This document shows, in pieces, positions 9,928-18,884 of a stretch of DNA of 40,788 nucleotides (positions within the stretch are counted from its first letter, which is position 1; every line of letters starts with the position of its first letter). The position numbers were made by a program, and so were the translations under genes. Below the pieces are notes generated by a model. It was not told where the DNA came from. It searched no databases and saw nothing but the letters and a program-made list of their open reading frames with translations. Source of the stretch: a virus; the UHGV virus genome UHGV-1354494. One strand, 5' to 3'.

Positions 9928-9976
9928 AATATTAAAATGGCGGGTTCCGGGAGCGATCGGACCCGCTATTTTAATA
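9927..9976. terminator. Bidirectional terminator between the small + ORF and the 3' end of the minus-strand recombinase gene.
   Basis: About 21-bp arms atattaaaatggcgggttccgg / cggacccgctattttaatat, flanked by A-tract and T-tract. Confidence 0.55.
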
Positions 9977-10026
9977 TCAAAATTATTATGAATCCATCAA
10001 CATTCATGACAAAAAAGAGAGAAAAA

Positions 10027-11625
10027 CTAGATTTTAATATGAAGTTTATTTCCGTCCCAGACACATTCAGCAAACAACTCACGGATAAGCCCATTAATTT
10101 CATCGTAATCGGCCACATCAAGCCTCTCAATTATATGGCATACCATCTGATAACGCTCCATCTTGTCAACCTCCCGTTTTCGGGCTTTGTTTTCTGCCAA
10201 TGAAATATCATACAGCTCCTTCTTTAACTTAGTTATTTGAGTGTCCAAGGTTTCGATGCTGGAAATGATATATTTTGCTGCGGGAGATTCATCAGTATTT
10301 GCGAGGGCTTGTGTTAAGTTTGAGATCTTATTTTGAACAGACTTTAACTCTTTCTCCACAACAGATCTACTACGCAGGGAAGGAATGGGGATAACAGGAG
10401 ATATATACTGGTCGATTAGTGTATAATCCAAAGATATGTCAGTCAATTGCTGTATAACTTCTGCATCGATATCATCCAACCGTATCATTTTCGTGGAGCA
10501 ATACTCAGGGCCCAACCGGTCTTTCCCGGGGCAGTAGTAATGTTGGTACTCGATATTATATTTCTTGTCATACTTATATTTTGTACGCATAAGCCTGCCG
10601 CAGGAACAACGCAGAACGCCTTTTAAGATGCCGATTTTATGCTTTCGTGTCTTGTCTATAATATTTTGGCCAAATCGCTCCTGGATAGACAGAAAGGTTT
10701 GACTATCCAGAATGGGTTTGTGATGCCCTACGGAGATAATCCACTTTTCAGGAGGATTAAGTATTCGCCTCCTCTTGTGCATCCCCTTGCCGGCCCCGCG
10801 TCCGCGACAGTATGCAATAATTCCATGCTGACCGTCAAATGATTCGCGTGGTTTAGCCATTTTACAGCCCATAGAGGCGTAATAATCATACATAATCCCA
10901 TCGGCAGCCACATAGTTTGGATTAGTGAGCAATACCCAAATCTGAGATCCTGTTAAAGTAGCTCCCAGAGGGGTGACAAACTTTTCTTTTTTATATTTTG
11001 TTTCCATTCCTCCCAAACTCAGCCCTTCATTAAGAAAATCATGAACCAACTTATGAAGAAACGGAACTGTGGATGGATTTTCTACAAGAATGGTATGCAT
11101 TCGCATATTATCAGACATGACCCTCTGAAGCTGAAATCCAATGGGTGGGCGTCCGCCACACCAATAACCTTTTTCAGCCAGCTTGATCATGTTGTCAGAA
11201 ACTCGGACAATGGTGTTTTCGCGCTCTATCTGGGAGAAAACGGCATTCATGTACATCATGCCCTTTTCTACAGGGGTCATATCCTCTTTGATCTCAAGGT
11301 TATCCCGCACCGGAATCACGACAAGATCATATTGTACGATCTCACGATAGAACAGAGCCAGATCGGCTACATCTCTTCCCACGCGATCAAGTTTATAGCA
11401 TACAATGATATCCAGGACATGATTACGCATATCCGAAATCAGGCGTTCCCAATCAGGGCGGAACATATCGCCGCCGGACCTATCTTCGTCAATGTAATAG
11501 ATAACTTGCTTCTCAACAGCTGGATAATGCTTTTCAATGTACTCCTCAGCTAAGAGCACTTGATTCTCCACGCTGTCCGATTGATCACTATGTAGAGACT
11601 TTCTCGCATAAATTCCAAAAATCAA
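10027..11625 (-). CDS. Large serine recombinase (site-specific integrase/resolvase family).
   Basis: N-terminal resolvase catalytic domain (YARKS with catalytic Ser, LDRVGRD). Recombinase domain GGRPPIGF. Cys-rich zinc ribbon (CSCGRL...YYCPG...C). C-terminal coiled coil. 532 aa. Confidence 0.9.
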   Translation of the reverse strand: MIFGIYARKSLHSDQSDSVENQVLLAEEYIEKHYPAVEKQVIYYIDEDRSGGDMFRPDWERLISDMRNHVLDIIVCYKLDRVGRDVADLALFYREIVQYDLVVIPVRDNLEIKEDMTPVEKGMMYMNAVFSQIERENTIVRVSDNMIKLAEKGYWCGGRPPIGFQLQRVMSDNMRMHTILVENPSTVPFLHKLVHDFLNEGLSLGGMETKYKKEKFVTPLGATLTGSQIWVLLTNPNYVAADGIMYDYYASMGCKMAKPRESFDGQHGIIAYCRGRGAGKGMHKRRRILNPPEKWIISVGHHKPILDSQTFLSIQERFGQNIIDKTRKHKIGILKGVLRCSCGRLMRTKYKYDKKYNIEYQHYYCPGKDRLGPEYCSTKMIRLDDIDAEVIQQLTDISLDYTLIDQYISPVIPIPSLRSRSVVEKELKSVQNKISNLTQALANTDESPAAKYIISSIETLDTQITKLKKELYDISLAENKARKREVDKMERYQMVCHIIERLDVADYDEINGLIRELFAECVWDGNKLHIKI

Positions 11626-11676
11626 TACACGTCACTCCTTTGAAACATAAAATTTGTTCGGATTACCCATTGAAAG

Positions 11677-11723
11677 AAAAACGAAAAGCCGCTCCCATTG
11701 ACGCAGGGGCGGTTTTCGTTTTT
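11677..11723. other. 47-bp GC-rich imperfect palindrome immediately upstream of the serine recombinase start: candidate attP/recombination site or operator.
   Basis: aaaacgaaaagccgctccc-attgacgca-ggggcggttttcgttttt. Lies in a divergent intergenic region with no converging gene that it could terminate. Confidence 0.4.
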
Positions 11724-11810
11724 AAAATTCATCGGAAGAAATTTCTTCAAACAACAATATCTTTTTATTGCTTTTTTGTTTCATTTGTGATAATCTATGT
11801 TTGAAAGGAG

Positions 11811-12335
11811 GTGGATTGTTTGGAAGAGCGTTTAAAAAGCCTCAGAAGCGCATTGAATATGAATCAAAAAGATTTTGCCCAATCACTAGGTTTGGGACAA
11901 TCTACGTGGGCCATGATTGAAATTGGAAAGCGTGAACTCAATGATAGACATGTAAAACTTATATGTTCTATTCATAATGTCAATAAAAATTGGCTTCTGA
12001 CAGGCAACGGCAAAATGTTTGTCCAGCTGTCGCAAGATGATGAGACAGCACATATTGTCCAGGACATGTTAGGCAGCAACGCCGGAAGCTTTTATAATAT
12101 CGTATTAGAAGTTGCCAAGAGTTACAAAAAGCTAAGCCCAACTTCTCAAAAGGCATTGGATGAACTGGCTGACAATTCATTGGCTAGTTTGGTTAACAAA
12201 GAAGAGAAGGATGAATCTGAAATGACATTTGACGAATTGATTGCTGAGTGCCCAAAGACACCAGAAGAACTGGAGCGGTTATATCCACCAGTCGAATTTA
12301 AGCCGAAGGTTGTCAAGGCACCCAAAATTCCGTAA
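11811..12335 (+). CDS. XRE-family HTH transcriptional regulator (phage repressor-like), GTG start.
   Basis: HTH_3 signature NMNQKDFAQSLGLGQSTWAMIEIGKRE. RBS aaaggagg plus GTG. Divergent from the recombinase. A TGnGATAAT-like extended -10 lies upstream. Confidence 0.8.
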   Translation: MDCLEERLKSLRSALNMNQKDFAQSLGLGQSTWAMIEIGKRELNDRHVKLICSIHNVNKNWLLTGNGKMFVQLSQDDETAHIVQDMLGSNAGSFYNIVLEVAKSYKKLSPTSQKALDELADNSLASLVNKEEKDESEMTFDELIAECPKTPEELERLYPPVEFKPKVVKAPKIP

Positions 12336-12584
12336 GGAAAATTTAGCACTGAGTTTAGAACAGTATTATTTTTTGTGTCGTTCCCGAGAAGTCTAAATTA
12401 TAGTAGATGGTATGTAAGCTACGATAATAAATAGCATATACGGTCTTTCTTTTGTAAAAAATATACTTCTTGCTCAACATAAAAATCGCAACCTTTCTTG
12501 ACGGAAGATTGGGTGCGAAGATGATTATAATACGAAAAAATATTGGAATTAATGGTAATATTTTCCATGTCATGAGGATAATTT

Positions 12585-13265
12585 ATGAAATACGATTATG
12601 AAGAACACGATAACAATAATCCTTTGTTTGGATGGATTCTACTTTTAGTGTTGATCCTGTTGATATTTCTTATATATTCTAATATCAAATTAACAAGCCA
12701 AGTAAATATTTTAAGCCAACAATTAGCCTCTTTAACTCAAAATTCTTCAACTACTAATAGTATTGCTGAGGATGATGTTAGTACAATTAATTTATACGAT
12801 TCGGGCGAAACCGGCAGTCAGGATTCCATGAAACATCCGACTCCATCTCACGGCTATATTTTATGGGGTGGAAATGAGGTTACCTATCAAGATGAATACG
12901 TAAGCGGTATTAATGATGACGAGCTTTATGCTCCTTTTGAATTAAAACCACCTTACAATGATTCATTGTATTTGGTAAAACTCAAGAATATTTGGAATCC
13001 TGACATTGAGTACCAAATATTTGTCAAAGGCGGATTATCTCCTGTTGAATTTAATATTTTATGTGGAACTTATAGTGTAAGCTATGCAACCGGTTCAATA
13101 TGGTATGGAAAAAATGATTTGTTTGGTGGCGAAACTCGTTACTATAAATCAGATGGATCTTTCAGATTTTATCATGACGGAAGAGATGTGCGCGGACAAT
13201 CAATAGCTCTCTACAATGTCTCGAATGGAAAATTGCAATATAATTTCATTTGTGATAATATGTAA
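12585..13265 (+). CDS. Membrane-anchored protein of unknown function (N-terminal TM helix, about 190-aa extracytoplasmic domain) encoded in an AT-rich island.
   Basis: ORF with TM segment GWILLLVLILLIFLIY. Local GC is clearly lower than its surroundings. Moron-like position between the repressor and the antirepressor. Confidence 0.6.
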   Translation: MKYDYEEHDNNNPLFGWILLLVLILLIFLIYSNIKLTSQVNILSQQLASLTQNSSTTNSIAEDDVSTINLYDSGETGSQDSMKHPTPSHGYILWGGNEVTYQDEYVSGINDDELYAPFELKPPYNDSLYLVKLKNIWNPDIEYQIFVKGGLSPVEFNILCGTYSVSYATGSIWYGKNDLFGGETRYYKSDGSFRFYHDGRDVRGQSIALYNVSNGKLQYNFICDNM

Positions 13266-13316
13266 TCGTAAATGAAACGTTTGAGGGGTGAAGGAGTAAA
13301 AGAAGGAGGTGAATAC

Positions 13317-13484
13317 ATGTCATCAGAATCACAAAAAGAAAACGTGATAGTAGGGATAGTGACAAAGATGAAGCAAATGGACATGAGCACGCTTATTATT
13401 TTAAAAGCTGCGACAGACGCATTGGAAGCCAAAGACCGGCTGGATCGGGAAGAAAAGGAAGGAAAAGAGCCGCGTTCGGCTTGA
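13317..13484 (+). CDS. Small hypothetical protein (55 aa).
   Basis: RBS agaaggaggtgaatacATG. Confidence 0.35.
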   Translation: MSSESQKENVIVGIVTKMKQMDMSTLIILKAATDALEAKDRLDREEKEGKEPRSA

Positions 13485-13519
13485 TGACAAAAGATCAGGA
13501 TTGGGAAGGAGGAAGTAAA

Positions 13520-13672
13520 ATGGCAGCAAAAAAAGAACGAAAGAAGCCTGTTGTTGAAATCGAGTTCACTCCTGGTTATGAACAACGCTTTACGAGAGCG
13601 ATTCTCAAAATATATGAGAAGAGAGAGCGAGAGGCCATGGAAGCGGAGAGAAAAGCTCAGGGAATTGGTTGA
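13520..13672 (+). CDS. Small basic hypothetical protein (50 aa).
   Basis: RBS ggaaggaggaagtaaaATG. Confidence 0.35.
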   Translation: MAAKKERKKPVVEIEFTPGYEQRFTRAILKIYEKREREAMEAERKAQGIG

Positions 13673-13731
13673 TAATGCCATACAGTAAGCGAGAACAAGA
13701 GATTGCGGAAATAGAAAGGAGGTACACACAA

Positions 13732-14241
13732 ATGAATGATTTAACAAGAACCACAATCACATCAATGGAAGCCGCAGAGTGGTGCGGTAAGGATCATGCC
13801 AAACTACTGAGAGATATCCGCAATTACATATCCCAGTTAGGAGAAGCCAAAATTGGCTTTACCGAATTTTTTAAGGAATCCACCTACATTACAGAGCAGA
13901 ACAAAGCCCTTCCATGCTTCCTGGTCACAAAGAAAGGCTGTGAGTTCATAGCCCACAAGATGACCGGGCAGAAAGGAACAGAGTTCACAGCACGATATAT
14001 CAACCGGTTCCATGAGATGGAGAAGGGGAAACTCCCCTGTCCCCTTAATCCTCAGATAGCCTCCAGTGTAGCAGAACTTGGCCGTGTAACAGAACGCATA
14101 ATGACCAATCAAGGTTCACCGGCCCATAAGATTGCAGAAGCATTCAAAACAGAATGTGAACAGTTTGGAATTCAACTCCCATCAGACTTTGTAAAAGTTC
14201 CAGAGTATGAGCAGCTGAGACTTTCAGAGTTCATGGAGTGA
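13732..14241 (+). CDS. Rha-family phage regulatory protein (antirepressor-like).
   Basis: Rha signature (AAEWCGKDHAKLLRDIRNY...FLVTKKGCEFIAHKMTGQKGTEF). RBS aaaggagg with 8-nt spacing to the ATG at 13732. The ORF track shows a longer TTG-started version from 13669. Confidence 0.7.
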   Translation: MNDLTRTTITSMEAAEWCGKDHAKLLRDIRNYISQLGEAKIGFTEFFKESTYITEQNKALPCFLVTKKGCEFIAHKMTGQKGTEFTARYINRFHEMEKGKLPCPLNPQIASSVAELGRVTERIMTNQGSPAHKIAEAFKTECEQFGIQLPSDFVKVPEYEQLRLSEFME

Positions 14242-14312
14242 GAGATATAAAGGGAACAGTCTAAGAGGAAGTCTAACACCAGGGGGATAACCCCAGAAAG
14301 GAAAACGATAAA

Positions 14313-14570
14313 ATGAGGATAACGTACGAGGACGACATGAACGAGGAAGACATACTAAGAAAAAAGGATGAAGAGGAAAGGGTGCGCCGAGAGAGAACGA
14401 TGGAAAATAAAACACTTAGCAAGATGACAGAAAAAGAGATTCTCCGCCAGCAGCTGGAACTGTTAGCAGAGAGGTCCAAGAAATGCGAAGATGCTTCACT
14501 TTCTGGGATTACGAATAGCATGATAAGTATTTATTCGGTTTTGTTACCCAGAGATTCAAGTGTGTTGTAA
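14313..14570 (+). CDS. Hypothetical charged coiled-coil protein. 3' portion overlaps a convergent small ORF, so its extent is uncertain.
   Basis: ORF with RBS aaaggaaaacgataaaATG. Its upstream motif CAGGGGGATAACC is shared with the rep gene start region. Confidence 0.3.
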   Translation: MRITYEDDMNEEDILRKKDEEERVRRERTMENKTLSKMTEKEILRQQLELLAERSKKCEDASLSGITNSMISIYSVLLPRDSSVL

Positions 14571-14707
14571 TACATCTTCAGTAAATTGCATACCGAATCT
14601 GACGTAATGACTGACCCAGTATGTATTTGGTCCATTTTGATAATGGACTGAGCCTGAATTTGCGCAATAACTATTTCGGCAGCGAGCTCTTTGCTTGACT
14701 TACCCAT
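14531..14707 (-). CDS. Small minus-strand hypothetical protein (58 aa, MGKSSKELAAEIVIAQIQAQ...).
   Basis: Strong RBS ggaaaggag 8 nt before the ATG on the minus strand. Only convincing reverse-strand gene in the early region. A TATAAT-like -10 lies upstream on the minus strand. Confidence 0.35.
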   Translation of the reverse strand: MGKSSKELAAEIVIAQIQAQSIIKMDQIHTGSVITSDSVCNLLKMYYNTLESLGNKTE

Positions 14708-14801
14708 TGAGAAATCTCCTTTCCTTCGTACTCAGCCCTGGCGGGGGCCTGTAAGTACATTATAGGACGGGAGGGAATAAAAGACAAGAAGGAGAAAAAA
14801 C

Positions 14802-15485
14802 ATGCTTATTAGGAAAAAGGAAGAACAAACACATGATGTCAAACTCATAATCAAGGATGGAAAAAAAACAAGTGAAATGGTTGGAGGAGCCCCGCAGATG
14901 GGAGTTTTTATCAGTCGCCTCATCCAGGATGGGGCCTCAAAAGTTGAAGTCACGATCCCGATCACATGCGAACTCAATCTGAAAAAAACACTGGAAGGAT
15001 TGAGAGAAGGCAAAGTGGAACTGGAGAACGTACATGAAATAAAGCGGACTGAGCAATCAGAATTAACCCTGGAGGAACGTCATGACCTTTATGACGCTGT
15101 AAGAGACGCATACATCGAGATGAAAAAGATGGATGCCCTCCAAATCATGGATTGGATCAATAAAACCTACTTTTCAAAGGCTATCAAGTGCGGAGAAAAG
15201 TTTGAGAGCGGAGAGTTAGGATTCTATATAGCAGCTGTTCTTAAGGTAATGGGAGAAGTATCAAGAAACATCGATCCCGATACCCTGTCAAAAACGGAGC
15301 GGGAAATATTTGAGGGGGCCATCATAAAAAATCTGGAAGGGATGAAGCGCTTCCTGGGATTGCTCGTACCCCCGTCATCCAAGCAGGTTACATCATCGAG
15401 TTTTAAGGTGACAGCGAATGAGATTGAAGCAAAGGTGCAGCGAACCACTGAATGCGGGAGCCGGGAAGAAAGGGAAAAACCATGA
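14802..15485 (+). CDS. Hypothetical protein (227 aa).
   Basis: ORF with RBS aagaaggagaaaaaacATG. Stop overlaps the next start (ATGA). Confidence 0.55.
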   Translation: MLIRKKEEQTHDVKLIIKDGKKTSEMVGGAPQMGVFISRLIQDGASKVEVTIPITCELNLKKTLEGLREGKVELENVHEIKRTEQSELTLEERHDLYDAVRDAYIEMKKMDALQIMDWINKTYFSKAIKCGEKFESGELGFYIAAVLKVMGEVSRNIDPDTLSKTEREIFEGAIIKNLEGMKRFLGLLVPPSSKQVTSSSFKVTANEIEAKVQRTTECGSREEREKP

Positions 15486-15793
15486 GGATAGGGGAAGTCA
15501 CAAAAGAAAAAGCAGAAGAACTTGCAAACCAGCTCCTGGGAACCAGGAAGCTGATAAAGAAAGATGAACACGGCTATTACTTCCAATCAGGCCGTATAAG
15601 AATGAGGGTATCCCCATGGCATATCAAGGGGAATAAAAAGGTATTCCAGACATTCTTCCTGGCCGGGGAATGGTACGAAGGAGAAGTATTGGAAGTATTC
15701 GCGTGGATCGGAGATCATTACAGCCGAGAAATGTTCTTTTCACCACATACCATGGAGGAAATCTATTATGAGTATAGAAGAAATGAAGAATAA
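15482..15793 (+). CDS. Hypothetical protein (103 aa).
   Basis: ATGA start/stop overlap with the upstream gene indicates translational coupling. Confidence 0.45.
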   Translation: MRIGEVTKEKAEELANQLLGTRKLIKKDEHGYYFQSGRIRMRVSPWHIKGNKKVFQTFFLAGEWYEGEVLEVFAWIGDHYSREMFFSPHTMEEIYYEYRRNEE

Positions 15794-15950
15794 AGGAGGA
15801 ATCTATACAGTGGAGAAAGAGTTTTGGAGATCCATGTACAAAGAAGCAGACCGTAAAGCGGAGTATTACAAAAAATGGAGCGCAGCCCTCCTGTTCCTTC
15901 TGGGCTTTGCAACCTTCGCGATCATGTATCTATTAAAATTCGGAGGATGA
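15768..15950 (+). CDS. Small membrane protein (60 aa, C-terminal TM helix).
   Basis: ORF with hydrophobic segment AALLFLLGFATFAIMYLL. Confidence 0.4.
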   Translation: MSIEEMKNKGGIYTVEKEFWRSMYKEADRKAEYYKKWSAALLFLLGFATFAIMYLLKFGG

Positions 15951-15955
15951 CACAC

Positions 15956-16123
15956 ATGGCATATTTTAGGACATGCGAATACTGTGGAGGAGCTCTTGAT
16001 CCGGGGGAGAAATGCGACTGCCGGCGGCAGAAAAATAGGAATTACACATCCATAGAAGGAGCCGGCTATGCCCCAAAGCAGATCCATCCCATAAATTACC
16101 GTAATAAAAAACAGACTGGATAG
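15956..16123 (+). CDS. Small zinc-ribbon protein (CEYCGG...CDC).
   Basis: RBS ggaggatgacacacATG. Four Cys in a CxxC...CxC arrangement. An 8-bp perfect hairpin spans the stop codon. Confidence 0.4.
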   Translation: MAYFRTCEYCGGALDPGEKCDCRRQKNRNYTSIEGAGYAPKQIHPINYRNKKQTG

Positions 16124-16230
16124 TATGGGGCTATCCAGTCGAAGAAAAAAGGGACGTAACATATAACTATCTGGGCAATTTTAGTATAAGGTATTCGGCA
16201 GGAAAAATCAAGGAGACGTGGAGATATAAA

Positions 16231-16770
16231 ATGATAAAAGTCAAAGATGTAGAAGCGTTCAGGGAATCCCTGAAAAAGGGAGATAAGCTTATATACATAG
16301 AGGATGCCCCTAGAGATGAAGGGATGAAAGGCCGCGCAAAGATCAAACGGATCATGACAGTGGACAAGGTACATAAACACACAGTAGACCTGGTCCAAGG
16401 CAAAATAAAACGCAACGCAATGCTGAAGGAAGTCCTGATCTGCAACTTAAAACAGCCGATCGTCCCCCTTCCTGCACCGGTTAACCGTGCGGAAACCAGA
16501 GAAACGAAAAAGAACAAAATCATGAACATGGTATATCACGGACTGGATCAGGACGAGATAGTCAAAAGAACAGGCTACAGTAAAAAAACAGTAGCCAATA
16601 TTATACGCCACGTCAAACAGAAGGGCCAGGACGCGGCAAACCGAAATGCCCAGATCATCAAGCTGAAACAAGAAGGAATGAAAACAAAGGACGTGGCCCT
16701 AAAGCTGGACTGTAGCAAAAGCCTAGTCTGCGAAGTATATAAGCGATACAGGGAGAAAAAAGGAACATGA
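16231..16770 (+). CDS. Putative transcriptional regulator with two C-terminal sigma-70 region-4/resolvase-like HTH repeats (candidate late-gene activator).
   Basis: Duplicated HTH segments (GLDQDEIVKRTGYSKKTVANIIRH and EGMKTKDVALKLDCSKSLVCEVYKRY). RBS aaggagacgtggagatataaaATG. Confidence 0.55.
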   Translation: MIKVKDVEAFRESLKKGDKLIYIEDAPRDEGMKGRAKIKRIMTVDKVHKHTVDLVQGKIKRNAMLKEVLICNLKQPIVPLPAPVNRAETRETKKNKIMNMVYHGLDQDEIVKRTGYSKKTVANIIRHVKQKGQDAANRNAQIIKLKQEGMKTKDVALKLDCSKSLVCEVYKRYREKKGT

Positions 16771-17060
16771 GCAAACTGACGGACATAGCGGATGAATTTG
16801 GACTAAGCGTAGAATTGATATGCGAAGCAACAGGCCGCAGCCGCCCGGATCTGCAAAGGATCCTGGAATCTGACAGCATCATATATCCAGGGGAGTTTAA
16901 GGAACTTCTGACTGAACTTCTGATGATGTCCTATGACATCTGCGAAGCGGAGATCGAGAGAGCGAAAGCGGATAACCGTAGACGCAAGAAGTATTTGGAG
17001 ACTATGGCCAAAAGGCAAGGGATCCATTTAGGGTATAACGAGGATCCATTTGAATTTTAG
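16767..17060 (+). CDS. Hypothetical protein with an N-terminal HTH-like segment.
   Basis: ORF translationally coupled to the upstream gene (ATGA overlap). Confidence 0.45.
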   Translation: MSKLTDIADEFGLSVELICEATGRSRPDLQRILESDSIIYPGEFKELLTELLMMSYDICEAEIERAKADNRRRKKYLETMAKRQGIHLGYNEDPFEF

Positions 17061-17185
17061 AGGGATACCTGCTTGACGAAAAAACGGTAAAGCATTGTAT
17101 GCATTGCTATGGAAAACGTATAAGTAATCTTGGGATTATCTATAATTTTGTCAAGTAGATGCCCATTTAGCGGAGGAAGGAAGTT

Positions 17186-17503
17186 ATGGGATTAGAGGTA
17201 TTTGACCATTACGAATGTGACGGCCAAATAGAATTATTTGCAATACAGGAGGAAAATATGGGAACGGATAAAACGATTGCGAAAAGATTCTACGAGTACT
17301 ATAAGGCATGTCGGGACAAAGAGGAGAGAAAGAGACGCGAATGGTACGCGCTCGCCGAGATGTGGAAGAAAGATGGCTACATAGACGATGCGCTTAGAGA
17401 CAGGGTAGAGGCCGCTCAAAAAGAATATGCCGAGGCGGAAAAGGAAACCAATATCTTTGCAAGGCTGGCGTTGGACTGCATCCTGGAAGGCCAGAAGCGG
17501 TAA
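17186..17503 (+). CDS. Hypothetical protein. Alternative start at 17258.
   Basis: Two candidate starts, each with a good RBS. The upstream 17-mer ATTTAGCGGAGGAAGGAA is repeated upstream of the next gene. Confidence 0.45.
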   Translation: MGLEVFDHYECDGQIELFAIQEENMGTDKTIAKRFYEYYKACRDKEERKRREWYALAEMWKKDGYIDDALRDRVEAAQKEYAEAEKETNIFARLALDCILEGQKR

Positions 17504-17527
17504 ACACAGATTTAGCGGAGGAAGGAA

Positions 17528-17860
17528 ATGAGAAAATATCTGGAAAAAGATAAAGTGATCGACACATTAACAGGACTGTATGAGCACATAAAAAGAGAAG
17601 AACATGACCAGGAAGCGGCTAATGGAGTTTGGCGTGCAATCGAGGCCATTGCAGCCTTGGGCGATGCGTGGATTCCCGTAACGGAGCGGATGCCAGAAGG
17701 TCGCGAGGATGTCCTGGTATATACGGGTAATGGGTGGATTTTGGTAGCTTGGTATGGCACTAATGGACAAAATTGGCACATAACTCCAACGGGGATTACT
17801 CATGATGATATCATTGCCTGGATGCCATTACCGGAACCATACAAGGAGGCAGAGGAATGA
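17528..17860 (+). CDS. DUF551-family phage protein.
   Basis: Characteristic WIPV..RMPE...VLVY...GW.....WHITPTGITHDDIIAWMPLPEPY pattern. RBS ggaggaaggaaATG. Confidence 0.6.
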   Translation: MRKYLEKDKVIDTLTGLYEHIKREEHDQEAANGVWRAIEAIAALGDAWIPVTERMPEGREDVLVYTGNGWILVAWYGTNGQNWHITPTGITHDDIIAWMPLPEPYKEAEE

Positions 17861-18126
17861 TAGATAGACAGGAAGCAATAGCAATATTGCAGGGACACAT
17901 TAATACATACCACCACCAAATTACGGATGGTGGATGGGAACAGATGGTGCGTATGGGAATTGCCAGAAACACGATACAAGACAAGTTGGCATTCCGGGCA
18001 GACGCAGAAAAGCAGATACAGGCATATAAGATGGCAATCAAAGCACTGGAGAGCGGGGAGGCAGAGGAGTTTGCGAACCGGTGCTATCTGAATGGGACAT
18101 GCTCATTTCAGTCGCCAATTTGTTAA
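17857..18126 (+). CDS. Hypothetical protein (89 aa).
   Basis: ATGA overlap with the DUF551 gene. Confidence 0.45.
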   Translation: MIDRQEAIAILQGHINTYHHQITDGGWEQMVRMGIARNTIQDKLAFRADAEKQIQAYKMAIKALESGEAEEFANRCYLNGTCSFQSPIC

Positions 18127-18328
18127 CCAAAATCGTAGCTTATAATACAGCAGCGCATACCGGGACCTGATCCGCAGGACCGAGACTGCGTAAAGATAGC
18201 TGGCATGGCTCTGGTGTATGCACAACCAGTAAGACCAGCAGCGGATGTGCCTATGGAGAGATAATGGAGGACCATACAGCCAGGGGATCCGGTCTGGCGC
18301 ACATCCACTATATCGTAGGAGGAGAAGC

Positions 18329-18733
18329 ATGGGAAGAACATTGAAACGGGTGCCATTAAATTTTGATTGGCCCCTTAATACAATATGGTATGGATATTAT
18401 TCCAGTTATTGCCATGACAGTGATTATAGCGCGGGAGGTTGCGATAACTGTAAACGGTTTGCGACCTTGAAGGGAATTGCTTTAACAAGTTATGGTTGCC
18501 CAGATTTTGAGCCGTTTCTAGGTCCACCAAAAGGAGAAGGTTTTCAACTTTGGGAAACTACAACGGAAGGTAGCCCGGTAAGCCCAGTTTTTGAAACACT
18601 GGACGAGCTTTGTGAATGGTGTGAAAGTAACTATACAGTTTTTGCTGATATGAAAGTCAGTAAAGAACAATGGAAAGAAATGCTGGATGCTGATTTTGTA
18701 TATGCAAAAGTAGGAAATGCAGTATTCATCTAA
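18329..18733 (+). CDS. Hypothetical Cys/Trp-rich phage protein.
   Basis: RBS ggaggagaagcATG at 18329. The ORF track shows an RBS-less upstream extension from 18245. Confidence 0.5.
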   Translation: MGRTLKRVPLNFDWPLNTIWYGYYSSYCHDSDYSAGGCDNCKRFATLKGIALTSYGCPDFEPFLGPPKGEGFQLWETTTEGSPVSPVFETLDELCEWCESNYTVFADMKVSKEQWKEMLDADFVYAKVGNAVFI

Positions 18734-18884
18734 ATCGCTATTTAAGCAATTAAAGAAATAGAAAGTAAAACAGTCCTGGCCGGGTAAAGTGATCACTTTC
18801 TGAATGGTAAAATTACAGGATTTACCAGTCAATACATTAGCGCTGGTGAGCGATAATAGTAATTATTCATTTTAGGAGGTACCT

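Noticed and set aside
9937-10203. 88-aa + strand ORF
   Set aside because: Lies entirely within and antisense to the 3' end of the well-supported serine recombinase gene. No RBS. Treated as a spurious shadow ORF.
16116-16138. 8-bp perfect hairpin (CTGGATAG-tatgggg-CTATCCAG) spanning the stop codon of the zinc-ribbon ORF, as a possible terminator
   Set aside because: Followed by A-rich rather than U-rich sequence on the + strand. No minus-strand gene exists that it could terminate. Possibly an RNA stability element.
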